From positions 4,414-68,413 of the forward strand of contig DATKSN010000233.1 of NCBI GenBank assembly GCA_035531595.1: a stretch of DNA of 64,000 bases, written 5' to 3'. Positions within the stretch are counted from its first letter, which is position 1; the number at the start of each line of letters is the position of its first letter. Of the stretch, positions 27,124-36,721 are shown one piece after another. The translations under genes and the position numbers were made by a program. The DNA comes from Pirellulales bacterium. Its GTDB lineage: Bacteria > Planctomycetota > Planctomycetia > Pirellulales > JAICIG01. The notes under the pieces were generated by a model. The model searched no databases. It was not told the origin of the DNA and was given only the letters and a program-made list of their open reading frames with translations.

Positions 27124-28443
27124 TTACTCGTCGTCCTTCATTTCTTCGCCAGCGGCGGCGGCGGCCTTGTCGGCGAATGGATTGTCGTCGTCGTCCGCGG
27201 GCATGTCGGGCTTGTCTTCCATGTCCGGCTCGGCGGCCGGCTTGTCGCCGTCCTTCTTGTCTCCCGCCTCCTCATCGTCGGTGACCAGCTCGGGAAGCGT
27301 ATGCCGGATCGGCTCGAGTAACTCGCGCTCGCGCAAACATTGGATCATGCCCGACGGCGAGCCGAGGTAGATCCGGTCGGTTTGAGTGTTGATGATCTTC
27401 AACTTGAGATACTCGGTTGGAATCGCCCCAAGACGCGCTCCGGTGCCGATGTCGAGAATGACCAGACGACCGGCCATGTCGACCATGTAGAGCTTGGTTT
27501 GGCTCGCCGCGACGAACCGGCTGATACCACTCACCGACCATTCCTCCAGGCCCGTGTCGAGCGTCAGCTTGAACAGGTCGCCCGTTTCGGAAATCGCGTA
27601 CAGCGCGTCGTCGATCACGACCGGCCGCTCGATCACCGGGTTGCCCGCCGAGAATTGCCAGCGTTTACGGCCTCGTTCGTCGCGCAAACCATAGACGTAG
27701 CCGTCGCGCGAGGCCGCATAGATGAAGGGCGGAAAGTAGGCCAACGGAGCGCTGATCGCCTGGCGAGAGCGGAAGCGGAACTTGCCCAACATCTCGTCGC
27801 CGGTGGCCGCGCAAACGTCGCCTTTGTCCGTGCCCCAAACGACGCAGTGCTCGGTGAAGATCGGTGGCGCGTCGGCCATTCCGTTGCCGCGGAAGTGCAA
27901 TACCCTTTCGAACGTCTCGCGCTCGGCCGGGTGCTCGTCGTCCGGCGGTTCGGGCAGGCGGTAGCCCACGACCATGCCGCTCACCAGCGGCACGTAAACA
28001 CGGCCGGCCCCGATGACCGCTCCGGCGCTAGGCACGCTTTCAAGCTTTTTTTCCCAAATCAATCGGCCGTCGCGGCGATCGAACAGGTAGAGCATGGCGC
28101 CGTTGGTCGCAATCACATGTTCGGCGCCGCATGTGGGGGCCGACGTAGGGCTCCTGCGCCGGCCGACCTGAGCCTTCCAGAGCGTGCGCCGCGTTTCGGC
28201 GTCGAGCACATGCAAGGTGGCCTGATCGGTTTGAATCAGCAACAGGCCGTCGTTCAGCACCGCGTAGTCGACCCGGCCGACGCCGGGATCAACGGCGACC
28301 TGGATCACCCAGGCCCGGTGCAGACCGTGTTGCTGGGCGACGTTCTCCGGGATAATCCCGCCTCTCAAACGCTGGGCCGAAGCGGGACTGGCGATCGCCA
28401 GCACGCTCCCAATACCAAACAACACCACCGCGATTCGCGACAT
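27124..28443 (-). CDS. PQQ-like beta-propeller repeat protein with acidic C-terminal tail
   Basis: Signal peptide MSRIAVVLFGIGSVLAIASPASAQ. Repeated propeller blades (VLNDGLLLIQT, ATNGAMYLFD, GRVYVPL...). The tail is DDEEAGDKKDGDK...EEMKDDE. Confidence 0.75.
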   Translation of the reverse strand: MSRIAVVLFGIGSVLAIASPASAQRLRGGIIPENVAQQHGLHRAWVIQVAVDPGVGRVDYAVLNDGLLLIQTDQATLHVLDAETRRTLWKAQVGRRRSPTSAPTCGAEHVIATNGAMLYLFDRRDGRLIWEKKLESVPSAGAVIGAGRVYVPLVSGMVVGYRLPEPPDDEHPAERETFERVLHFRGNGMADAPPIFTEHCVVWGTDKGDVCAATGDEMLGKFRFRSRQAISAPLAYFPPFIYAASRDGYVYGLRDERGRKRWQFSAGNPVIERPVVIDDALYAISETGDLFKLTLDTGLEEWSVSGISRFVAASQTKLYMVDMAGRLVILDIGTGARLGAIPTEYLKLKIINTQTDRIYLGSPSGMIQCLRERELLEPIRHTLPELVTDDEEAGDKKDGDKPAAEPDMEDKPDMPADDDDNPFADKAAAAAGEEMKDDE

Positions 28444-28555
28444 GATTCCTCCCGCGGCCAATGGCGGACCCGAACGAACCTTTCTATCATATCATAACCG
28501 GAAGCCGCCTTGGAATCAGCATAAAAATCGAACGAACCGCCAAAAGGGCAATCTT

Positions 28556-28610
28556 GTGGTGCAGGCGTCCCGCCTGCCTGCCGGATACGCAGGCGGGACG
28601 CCCGCACCAC
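28556..28610. repeat. REP-type hairpin, 22-bp stem (1 mismatch), 11-nt loop
   Basis: gtggtgcaggcgtcccgcctgc / gcaggcgggacgcccgcaccac, in the divergent intergenic region. Confidence 0.8.
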
Positions 28611-28656
28611 AACCCCGCACTGATGTTCCAGATCGGTATGACGAGAGGCTCCCTCG

Positions 28657-31600
28657 ATGGATCCACGCAGTTCCAACCCACAATCCGAAGCGGCCGCGCA
28701 AGAAATGCTCGGCTATTTGAACTTCTCGTCCGGGACGGCCGACCCCAAGTTTCAACGCAACGCGAATTTCCTTTTCCGCTCGATTCTTGACGAATCGGCC
28801 CAGGGCCAAGGGGTCTGGCAACAAGTTGGCTGCCGCCTGCGAGACCAGCTCGCCCGGCTGCGTGGCACGTCGGCCGCGTTCGATGAAGTCGAGCAAGCCC
28901 AAGCGGTGATTGGACTTGTGTTCGATCATTTGTCGCCCCACTACCGCGAGTTTCATCACGATTTATTGAGCCACCAAAGCTCCGACGCGCTATTCGGCCC
29001 TTTCTTCCTGGTTCGAGCGTGCGAAGCGGTGCTCCAACAGGGGCCCCCCTTGGATGAGTCGGAGCGAATCGTCCCGGCCGCGCTGGCGCAATTGAATGAC
29101 TTCCTGGGACATCGCCCTGTCGCCGTGCTCCAGACCCCCCAACGGATCGAGCCCTACGCGCATGAATGGGTATGCCCCATCCCCCTCTACTTGAGGGGAG
29201 TTGGCGTCGCCTGCGGATCGTACCACGATCTGGTCGAGCAGGCCCTGGCGATTCTCGAAGCAACCGATTCCGAAATCTTGGAGCAGGCATGCTTCGACCC
29301 GGCTTTGCTCGACGAACTGGCGCTCGACCCGCGGGCTTACGACTTCGATCATCCGGTCAACAAGCGGCCCAACTACCAGTTCGGCCAATGGGATCCGCAC
29401 CGCATCGACAATCAAGGGCGCTACCGCCGCTTCGTGTTGCAGGAAGTGACGCTCGAGGCCCTTGGCAAGCGTCTGGCTGGACAGGTTTCGCTACCGGCCG
29501 ACGAGTTGCTGTTCGAGGCCGGCGCGGTCTTGGCGGGAACGATGCTGATGGCCTCGGCCGTCAGCGGCCGCGGTCCCGACACGCACGATTCGGGCACGAC
29601 CTTGGCGACTCTGGTTCCGCGGATCGCCGCCTTCCGCGACTCTTTCTATCCGCGATTGCTCGCCGGAGTCGCGGGGCCGCACGGCGAGAGACTGCGGGCC
29701 GAAGCGGCGACGCTTCGTCAACCGTTCGGCGGCGCGCGGCAACACTTGAACCAGTGCCTGGCCCGTTTGCGGGCCGTGCAGCTTCAACATGTTCACCTGG
29801 CCCAGTTGTTCGCGCGGATGGGTTTTCCCGAAGCCAGCAGCCGGCAAGCCCAGGTCGTGCCGGTGGCTTCGGCGCGCTTACTGTGCGAGATCAACGGCCG
29901 GCTGACCGCCGGGCATCACGCCATCGACCGCGGGCAGCTTGCCCACGCCGCGCGGCTGCTCGCGGAAATCGAAGACCTGCTCCAGCGGGCGATCGAGTGC
30001 GGTGCGCTGGTCGATCCGTGGAACGTGCTGGGGTTTCAGGGCCAGTTCAGCTTGTTTCCGGCCATGGAAAACAGCGTGCGCGACCACCGCGTCGACGTGT
30101 TGATCCATCTGATTGAGCATGTGTTCGGACTTTACGCGAGGCTCGAAGGCGAGGCGGCCGCCCGAGGCGACGGCCCGCTCGCCACGAAACTCGCGGCCGA
30201 CATGAAGATACGAGCGCGCTGGTGGGACCAGTTCGCGACGCTCGAAGTGGCGAGTGTGGCCCACGTATCGGGACGCGAGGCGGCCGAATCGGCGTCGCAT
30301 GTGGCCGACGCCTTGGGCGCCTGGCAACGCGCCGGCGCCGCGGCCGGCGACGTGGCCTTCTGGCGCCAGCACGTCGATCGCTTCACCTCGCCCAAGTCGT
30401 ACGCGTTGGTCGTCGATGCGCTCCTGGAGCAGCGCGATTTCGTCGCCGCGCTGGCGCTCTTGATCCAGTGGCTGGGACAGGCCGCCGAAGTGCCGCTGGT
30501 CGAAGGAGAATACTCGTTCCACGAGTTGGCCGATCGATGGTTGCGCGGCCTCGGGCCGGCCGTCACACGTTGGCCCCTGACCGTGAAGTTCTTCGATTAT
30601 CTCGAAGCCAACGCCGAGGAATACTGGGAGGTGCCGCGGTTCGAGTTCGACGCCGGACGCGCGCCGGGCGGCCGGCGCGACCGCGACGACGAAGCCGAGC
30701 CGGACGCGGAGCACGACCCGGATTTGTTCAGCGCCGCTTACGACGACGTCGTCTACCGCGACAGCACCGGCGACGGCCATGATGCCGACATGCTCGAAGG
30801 GCCCAGCGCGGCGAACGATTTCGAGTTGGAATTCGAAGCGACACGGCTCGAACAGCGATTGGCGTTTCTTTCGACGTTGGCCCGGCTTTGGAAACTGGCC
30901 TCCGGCATGTCGGCGTCGGCCACCGACACGCGCGCGCGCGACGCGATGCTTCGCGGATGGTTTTCACGCGCCGTGTCGAACCGGCGCGAACTGTTCAAGC
31001 TGCTGCGCGCGATACACCGTTTCCGCGTGCCCGCCCCCCGCGGAACGCACGAATCGCTGGTCGAATACGACCGCCGGCGGTTGCTCAAAGAGTCGCTGCT
31101 GGCGCGGATCGTGGCGGCCTGCGTCGAAACCTCGTCAGCCGCGCGCTGGCTCCTGGCCGCCTGCCATGTCGCCGACGGCGACGGTGGCGACGGTGGCGAG
31201 AGTGGCGAGAGTGGCGATGGCGGCGAGAGTGGCGACGGCGGCGACAGCGGCGACGGCGGCGACGGCGGCGAGAGCAAGGATCTGGCCGATTGGGAACGAC
31301 GATCCGTCGGCGTGCTGCGGGCCATGTTTCGCGGCGACGCCGATCAAGTGCGCGCTCGGTTTCCCCAATTGCGCCTCATGCTTGAGCGCGAACCCATCTT
31401 GTACGTGCCCTTGTCGCGGCACGGCGCGCCCGGTCAAATCGTGGGCGCCCAGACGCTGCAACACCTGCTGTTGGCCCTCCTGCGCGGGCTGCCGCGGCTG
31501 GGACTCTTGACGGAGACCTGCCAGGTGATCGCCACGGCGCAGGCCATGGAGCAACATCGCCCCGACCGGGAAGGAGCGGTCACCGAGTTCGACCGATTGT

Positions 31601-32679
31601 TCGAGGTCGGATATCGGGCGATCGTCGAAGCGCTGGTCAGGTCCGCCGGCGACACCCGCGCCGCCGGCGCCACATCGGCCGGAGGCCAAAGTCACGAGCT
31701 CATCGCGGCGACCGACTCCGAGCTGATCGATTCACTGCAAATGGTGACCGAGCGGCTGCTCAAAGGCTGGCTCGGGCATAGCCGCTCGTTGCGGTTGAGC
31801 GTGCTTGAAAAAGTCGCCGAGCACGACCGCTGGCAGGCCCTGGTCGGCTTCATCGAGCGTTATGGCCACGACCTGTTCACACCGCGCTTCTTCAACCTGG
31901 GCAACCTGCGGGCCATCCTTCATCAGGGAGTCGACGCCTATCTCGACGGCCTGGAGGCGAGCGACGCGGCCGACGAGATCGGGCTCTTGTCGGAACTCGA
32001 CGCTCAGGTTCCCCGTGCCACGGTGGTCGAACAGTTGAGCCTGGTGATTGAGGCGATCGTGGAGAACTTCGGCGAATTCAAGGACTACAACAGCACCACG
32101 ACCCAATCGGACCAGGGCGAGTTGCTTTACGTGCTGTTGGATTTCCTGCGGCTCAAGGCGGGTTACGACCGTTTCGCCTGGAACATCAAGCCGGTCGTGC
32201 TGGCCCATGAGATTCTGGTGCGGCACGGCCGCATGGCGGCGGCCGAACTCTGGCGGCGAGCGGTCGCCGATCGCACGAGCCGGGCCGCCGATTGGCACCT
32301 GCGGCGGTTGGGTGAACTGGTCGAACAGTACAGCGTCAGGCTGCCGACGATCGCCGACCGCTTGGGCGAGCGGTTCGTCCGGCCGCTGGCCATCGACCGC
32401 GTCCGCGCGTTGATTCGGCCGGCCATCGAGGAAGCACGCCGCGGCGATCCGCCGACCGCCTTCGACCTCTTGGAGCAGGAACTCGCCGAATTCACCGAGC
32501 ACCCCTCCGGAGCGGGACTCGACGTACCCGCCTGGTTGACCGCGCTGGAGAACGAAGTGGCCGAGGTCGGCCCCACGCGCCGCCGCGGACTGGATGCCGA
32601 TGACGTGCCGCCGCCGGTGCCCCTGCTGCCGCTCGCGTGGGACGCGGTGCAACAGCAGCTTCAGACGGGAGAATGGTGA
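28657..32679 (+). CDS. Very large hypothetical protein (1340 aa), predicted mostly helical, no recognised domain
   Basis: Single long ORF with consistent GC3 codon bias. I see no P-loop, catalytic motif or TM segment. It contains an internal (D/E)(G/S)G low-complexity tract. Confidence 0.75.
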   Translation: MDPRSSNPQSEAAAQEMLGYLNFSSGTADPKFQRNANFLFRSILDESAQGQGVWQQVGCRLRDQLARLRGTSAAFDEVEQAQAVIGLVFDHLSPHYREFHHDLLSHQSSDALFGPFFLVRACEAVLQQGPPLDESERIVPAALAQLNDFLGHRPVAVLQTPQRIEPYAHEWVCPIPLYLRGVGVACGSYHDLVEQALAILEATDSEILEQACFDPALLDELALDPRAYDFDHPVNKRPNYQFGQWDPHRIDNQGRYRRFVLQEVTLEALGKRLAGQVSLPADELLFEAGAVLAGTMLMASAVSGRGPDTHDSGTTLATLVPRIAAFRDSFYPRLLAGVAGPHGERLRAEAATLRQPFGGARQHLNQCLARLRAVQLQHVHLAQLFARMGFPEASSRQAQVVPVASARLLCEINGRLTAGHHAIDRGQLAHAARLLAEIEDLLQRAIECGALVDPWNVLGFQGQFSLFPAMENSVRDHRVDVLIHLIEHVFGLYARLEGEAAARGDGPLATKLAADMKIRARWWDQFATLEVASVAHVSGREAAESASHVADALGAWQRAGAAAGDVAFWRQHVDRFTSPKSYALVVDALLEQRDFVAALALLIQWLGQAAEVPLVEGEYSFHELADRWLRGLGPAVTRWPLTVKFFDYLEANAEEYWEVPRFEFDAGRAPGGRRDRDDEAEPDAEHDPDLFSAAYDDVVYRDSTGDGHDADMLEGPSAANDFELEFEATRLEQRLAFLSTLARLWKLASGMSASATDTRARDAMLRGWFSRAVSNRRELFKLLRAIHRFRVPAPRGTHESLVEYDRRRLLKESLLARIVAACVETSSAARWLLAACHVADGDGGDGGESGESGDGGESGDGGDSGDGGDGGESKDLADWERRSVGVLRAMFRGDADQVRARFPQLRLMLEREPILYVPLSRHGAPGQIVGAQTLQHLLLALLRGLPRLGLLTETCQVIATAQAMEQHRPDREGAVTEFDRLFEVGYRAIVEALVRSAGDTRAAGATSAGGQSHELIAATDSELIDSLQMVTERLLKGWLGHSRSLRLSVLEKVAEHDRWQALVGFIERYGHDLFTPRFFNLGNLRAILHQGVDAYLDGLEASDAADEIGLLSELDAQVPRATVVEQLSLVIEAIVENFGEFKDYNSTTTQSDQGELLYVLLDFLRLKAGYDRFAWNIKPVVLAHEILVRHGRMAAAELWRRAVADRTSRAADWHLRRLGELVEQYSVRLPTIADRLGERFVRPLAIDRVRALIRPAIEEARRGDPPTAFDLLEQELAEFTEHPSGAGLDVPAWLTALENEVAEVGPTRRRGLDADDVPPPVPLLPLAWDAVQQQLQTGEW

Positions 32680-32862
32680 CAGTCGGCGTTCAAGACTCGC
32701 TCCCCAGTCGTTGATCCGCAGTGACTACGAGGCATGATTCACGCTGCGAAAGCGCGATGTACACGCAGTCGTAGACGCCCAAACGTAATGTTGAAGAGAG
32801 GAGAAATGCCGTGGGCATCAGATCGGTGGACTTGAAGGCAAGCGACGAGTCGAGCGCGAGTT

Positions 32863-33081
32863 TCATTGGCGATCACGGAACTCGCGGATCGCGGGAATGC
32901 CGATTTCCAGGATCCCGTGTTTTCGCTGGATTTCCTCGGTGATCCGCGCGGCCCGCCGATGCACCCGGCGAGCGATCTCCGGATCAAGCGGCTCCTTGCG
33001 CAAGACGTGCCGAAGAACCGCCTCGCAATCCGCGAGCGACTGTGGGTCAATTACGATCGTCTCCTTCGTTTCGGTGCTCAT
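32863..33081 (-). CDS. Small hypothetical protein (72 aa)
   Basis: MSTETKETIVIDPQSLADCEAVLRHVL... It lies downstream of the response-regulator gene on the same strand. Confidence 0.45.
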   Translation of the reverse strand: MSTETKETIVIDPQSLADCEAVLRHVLRKEPLDPEIARRVHRRAARITEEIQRKHGILEIGIPAIREFRDRQ

Positions 33082-33186
33082 GATCCAATTCTGTATCAAA
33101 TCACCACGGTAGTCAATCGACATCCGTAGGAGCGGGAAGCCATCGAAGGAAGCTGTCGAAAACGCCCATGCGCTCGCTCATCGCGG

Positions 33187-33254
33187 GGCCGCGGAGCGGC
33201 CGAAGAGGTGTTCGGGTTATCCGCGCAATGGGTCGGCGGAGCGTGGGAACAAGG
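33187..33254 (-). repeat. REP-like element, copy 4 (inverted orientation)
   Basis: The reverse complement reads ccttgttcccacgctccgccgacccattgcgcggataacccgaacacctcttcggccgctccgcggcc, closely matching 63399-63466. Confidence 0.8.
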
Positions 33255-33275
33255 TCACGGATCCAGCCGATCGGT

Positions 33276-34751
33276 TCAGCGATCGGAGCCCCGACGGAAT
33301 GGAAAATCGCCGTCGGGTAAGAGCCATTTCTCGACCGCCAGCCCCAGCGAGCGGAGCTTGGCGCGGAGCGTGGTCCGCGAGATGCCCAGCAACTCCGCGG
33401 CCTGCAATTGGTTGCCGCGCACATGCCTGAGCACCTCGTCCAACACGACGCGATCAACGGCCGCATATACCTGGCGGTAGATCTCCGGCTCCCCGTCCTT
33501 CAGGAACTGGCGGACCAACTGCGCGACCTCCAGGGCGCCGGCCACCGAGGCCGCCACCGCCGGGGCGGGCGGCGAATGTCCGGGACGCAGGTTTTCGGGG
33601 AGGCAGTCGGCCGTGAGGATCTCGCCCGTGGCGTGGAGCATGGCGTATTTCAGCGCGCTTTGCAGCTCGCGCACGTTGCCGGGCCAGCCGTGGGTTTCAA
33701 GCAACTGCCGCGCCTCGGGCGTGACCGCGCGGACGTTCCTGTCCAGCTCGCGGTTGAACTGCCGCAGGAAGTGGTCGATCAACAGCGGCAGGTCGTCGCG
33801 GCGGTCGCGCAGCGCCGGCAGTTGGATCGTAAAACCGTTCAAACGGTAGTACAGATCCTGGCGGAACTTCCCCTCATCAACCAGCGTCTGCAGGTTCTTG
33901 TTCGTGGCGGTGATCACCCGCGCGTCGGTCTGGATCGTCTCGTTGGCGCCCACGCGCTCGAAGCGCTGCTCTTGCAGGAGCCGCAGCACTTTGGCCTGCG
34001 TCGAGGCGCTCATGTCGGCGATTTCGTCGAGAAAGATCGTGCCGCCGCTGACTTGCTCGAACTTGCCGATCCTGCGGTGGTCGGCGCCGGTGAACGCCCC
34101 CCGCTCGTGCCCGAACAGCTCGCTTTCGAGCAAGGCCTCTGGAATCGCGGCGCAGTTGATCGCCAGAAACGGTCCCTCGCCGCGGCGGCTGTAATGATAG
34201 ATCGAACGGGCGACCAGTTCCTTGCCCGTCCCACTCTCGCCCAGAATCAACACCGTGACGTCCTGCGGGGCGACGCGCCCGATCGCCTTGTAAACCTCCT
34301 GCATCAAAGCGGCGCGGCCCACGATGCGGTCGGTCGGCTTGTCGCTCTCTTCCGCTTCGACGTCGAACACCGCCGGCACATGGTTCAATCGGCTGACTTC
34401 CAGCGCCTTTCGCACCACTTCGCGGAGACGGTGAAAATCGACCGGCTTGAGCAGGTACTCGAAAGCGCCGCGGCGGATCGCCTCGATCGCCGTCTCCGTC
34501 TTGGCGAAGGCGGTCATCACGATCACCGGCAAGCGCGGGTCGATCTGGCGAATGCGGTCGTAGGCGTCCAGTCCCGACATGTCGGGGAGCCGGACATCGA
34601 GGATCACGGCGTCGGGCTTTCGCGTCTCGACCAGTTGCAGCCCTTCCTTGGCCGTGCTCGCCGAGATCACCTCGAGCGCGTTTGAACTCAAGCACTTCTC
34701 CAGCGAATAGAGCACGTTCGGTTCGTCATCGACCACCAACAGGCGCGCCAT
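33276..34751 (-). CDS. Sigma54-dependent response regulator (NtrC family)
   Basis: Start moved to ATG 34751 (MARLLVVDDEPNV). Receiver domain, then an AAA+ domain with GESGTGKE and the GAFTGA loop (ERGAFTGA), then a C-terminal Fis-type HTH (AAELLGISRTTLRAKL). Confidence 0.9.
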   Translation of the reverse strand: MARLLVVDDEPNVLYSLEKCLSSNALEVISASTAKEGLQLVETRKPDAVILDVRLPDMSGLDAYDRIRQIDPRLPVIVMTAFAKTETAIEAIRRGAFEYLLKPVDFHRLREVVRKALEVSRLNHVPAVFDVEAEESDKPTDRIVGRAALMQEVYKAIGRVAPQDVTVLILGESGTGKELVARSIYHYSRRGEGPFLAINCAAIPEALLESELFGHERGAFTGADHRRIGKFEQVSGGTIFLDEIADMSASTQAKVLRLLQEQRFERVGANETIQTDARVITATNKNLQTLVDEGKFRQDLYYRLNGFTIQLPALRDRRDDLPLLIDHFLRQFNRELDRNVRAVTPEARQLLETHGWPGNVRELQSALKYAMLHATGEILTADCLPENLRPGHSPPAPAVAASVAGALEVAQLVRQFLKDGEPEIYRQVYAAVDRVVLDEVLRHVRGNQLQAAELLGISRTTLRAKLRSLGLAVEKWLLPDGDFPFRRGSDR

Positions 34752-36325
34752 TACGGGGCCTCCACGCGCGATGCCGCCGTGACGGCCGTGATACGAGGCG
34801 GCTTGGCGCCGCCCACGACGGGCGACGCGGCGCGCGGGAGCCATACGATGAACTCGGCGCCTCCTTGCGGCCGGTTGACCGCCGTGATGCGGCCGCCGTG
34901 CGCCTCGACGATCCGCCGGCAGATCGGCAGCCCCAGGCCGGTGCCGGTTTCCTTGGTGCTCACGAACGGATCGAAGATGCGGTCGCCCAATTTGACCGAC
35001 AGGCCCTCGCCCGTATCGGCGACGTGAATCGAGCACCAATCATCGGCGACCGCCCAGACCTCGATCGCGCCTCCCACATGCAGGGAATCGAGCGCGTTGA
35101 AGAACAGGTTGAGCAGCACCTGCCGGATTTGCCCGCTGTCGGCTTCCACCTTGATCGCTTGCGCCGGCAACTCGCAGCGGACGACCACCCGTTGTCGCTC
35201 GGCGCGGGCGGAAACCAACTCCAATGTCTGCGAGACCAGGCCACGCACATCGATGGTGGCCTTGGCGAGCTGCGGTGGCCGGGCAAAATCGAGCAGCGAC
35301 TGAATCGACTCCTCGAGCCGCGTGATTTCCTCATCGACCACCATCAAGTCGCGGCCGCGCAGTCCTGCGCCGTCGTCCCGCGCGGCCGCCGCCTGGACGA
35401 GGATCTTCATCGCCATCAGCGGATTCCGCACCTCGTGGGCGATACCGGCCGCCAACTGGCCGACCGCCGCCAGTTGCTCGCCGCGAATCACTTCCAATTC
35501 GCGCTGTTCGAGCCGTTCCACCACGATCGCCACATGCTCGGCCATGTTGCGCAGCGCCGATTCCAGTTCCTCGAAACCTTCACCGGCCGAAAGTGTGATC
35601 GGTCCGATCACCTCGTTCAGCTTGCCGGCCACTCCGCGCACCGGCACGCTGAGTTGCACGATCGAACGGCTGACGCCGCGGGCGATGCCGAAGCCCGCCA
35701 GCAGCCCTCCCACCGAACCGCACACGCCCAGCAGCAACAGCGCCAGCCCCATCCGGTCGGCCGACCGTTGGCTTTCGTCGCTGGAGTGCGCGACGACCTG
35801 CCGGTGGTACTCGATGTACTCCCGGGCCGGAGTGAAGATTTCGGCTTGCATCAGGTCGTCGATCATGGTGCCCACCGCCAAGGCCGAATCGCCGCGCTGC
35901 AACCGCTCGGTCAATTGATCGACGTCGCTGAAAAATCGCTGGCAGCCGCGGTCGACCTTGGCCACCAACTCGTGTTCCTTGGGGTTGCGCGCCAACCGGT
36001 TGGATTGCTCGAGAAGTTTCAGGGTGTGCGCGCGTAACGCGGGAATCTCGTCGAGGTTTTTTCGCTCGCCCAAACGCAAATACCGGTTCAGCCGGCTACG
36101 CACCTCACGCATGGCGATTTCAACGTCCTCGGCCGTCAGCATGCTCGAAACGTCGCGGGCCAGCAACTCGGAATTGTCTTTCTGTTGATTGTGGACGTAC
36201 CAAGCCGCCACGACGCCAACCGCCAACAGCAACATGCTCAGGCCGATCATGGGAGCGGCCATCCTGAGAATGAACCGTGTGCTCATTGAAATTGACCTCG
36301 ACGCGGCTGACCAAACCATGACCAT
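34751..36325 (-). CDS. Sensor histidine kinase (TM-HAMP-HisKA-HATPase)
   Basis: H-box AGIAHEVRNPL, N-box LLNLFFNALDS, G-boxes DTGEGL and GTGLGL. The TAATG overlaps the regulator start. The start may instead be ATG 36286. Confidence 0.85.
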   Translation of the reverse strand: MVMVWSAASRSISMSTRFILRMAAPMIGLSMLLLAVGVVAAWYVHNQQKDNSELLARDVSSMLTAEDVEIAMREVRSRLNRYLRLGERKNLDEIPALRAHTLKLLEQSNRLARNPKEHELVAKVDRGCQRFFSDVDQLTERLQRGDSALAVGTMIDDLMQAEIFTPAREYIEYHRQVVAHSSDESQRSADRMGLALLLLGVCGSVGGLLAGFGIARGVSRSIVQLSVPVRGVAGKLNEVIGPITLSAGEGFEELESALRNMAEHVAIVVERLEQRELEVIRGEQLAAVGQLAAGIAHEVRNPLMAMKILVQAAAARDDGAGLRGRDLMVVDEEITRLEESIQSLLDFARPPQLAKATIDVRGLVSQTLELVSARAERQRVVVRCELPAQAIKVEADSGQIRQVLLNLFFNALDSLHVGGAIEVWAVADDWCSIHVADTGEGLSVKLGDRIFDPFVSTKETGTGLGLPICRRIVEAHGGRITAVNRPQGGAEFIVWLPRAASPVVGGAKPPRITAVTAASRVEAP

Positions 36326-36396
36326 CGCGGACAGGCACTGTCCAGTTTGTTCGTTGATCCTGGTACGGTCGTCGTCTTACAACGTACCACAAAACT

Positions 36397-36411
36397 TGGC
36401 ACATTTCACGC
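36397..36411 (+). promoter_or_regulatory. Sigma54-type -24/-12 candidate (TGGCAC-N7-CGC)
   Basis: TGGCACatttcacGC places GG and GC at the canonical spacing, but the TTGC consensus is replaced by ACGC. It faces the 36722 gene about 310 nt away. Confidence 0.25.
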
Positions 36412-36608
36412 TTCATCGCGGACGTGGCGCCGTCAAACGGCGCGTCGCGCGGCGTTTTTCCGACCCGAGATCGTCGATCTCCGCCCCAGCTTCAGCAAAG
36501 ATGGGGCCAGAACCGCTTTGAGCCTGGCATGGGCCGCGAAAAACGCAATCGCCCCGGCTTCGGATCGAACGGCACAAGCCTTGCTTCTCATTTCATTTCA
36601 GCGGCGAA

Positions 36609-36700
36609 CGCCCACCAACCCCACGCGCGCAAGAAAACGCCGGGTTCGGGCGATGTAGGGTGGGCACCGCCCACCAACCCGCCCGACGCGCGCAAGAAAA
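36609..36700 (+). repeat. About 30-bp direct repeat cgcccaccaacc..cgcgcgcaagaaaa x2
   Basis: Copies at 36609-36637 and 36669-36700, upstream of the 36722 gene. Confidence 0.7.
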
Positions 36701-36721
36701 GAGAAGAAAGGAAGATCAGCC

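Noticed and set aside
34752-35039. The N-terminal 96-codon extension of the response-regulator ORF.
   Set aside because: It lies inside the histidine kinase gene and is Arg-rich nonsense. The receiver domain begins at MARLLVVDDE, with the typical TAATG stop/start overlap.
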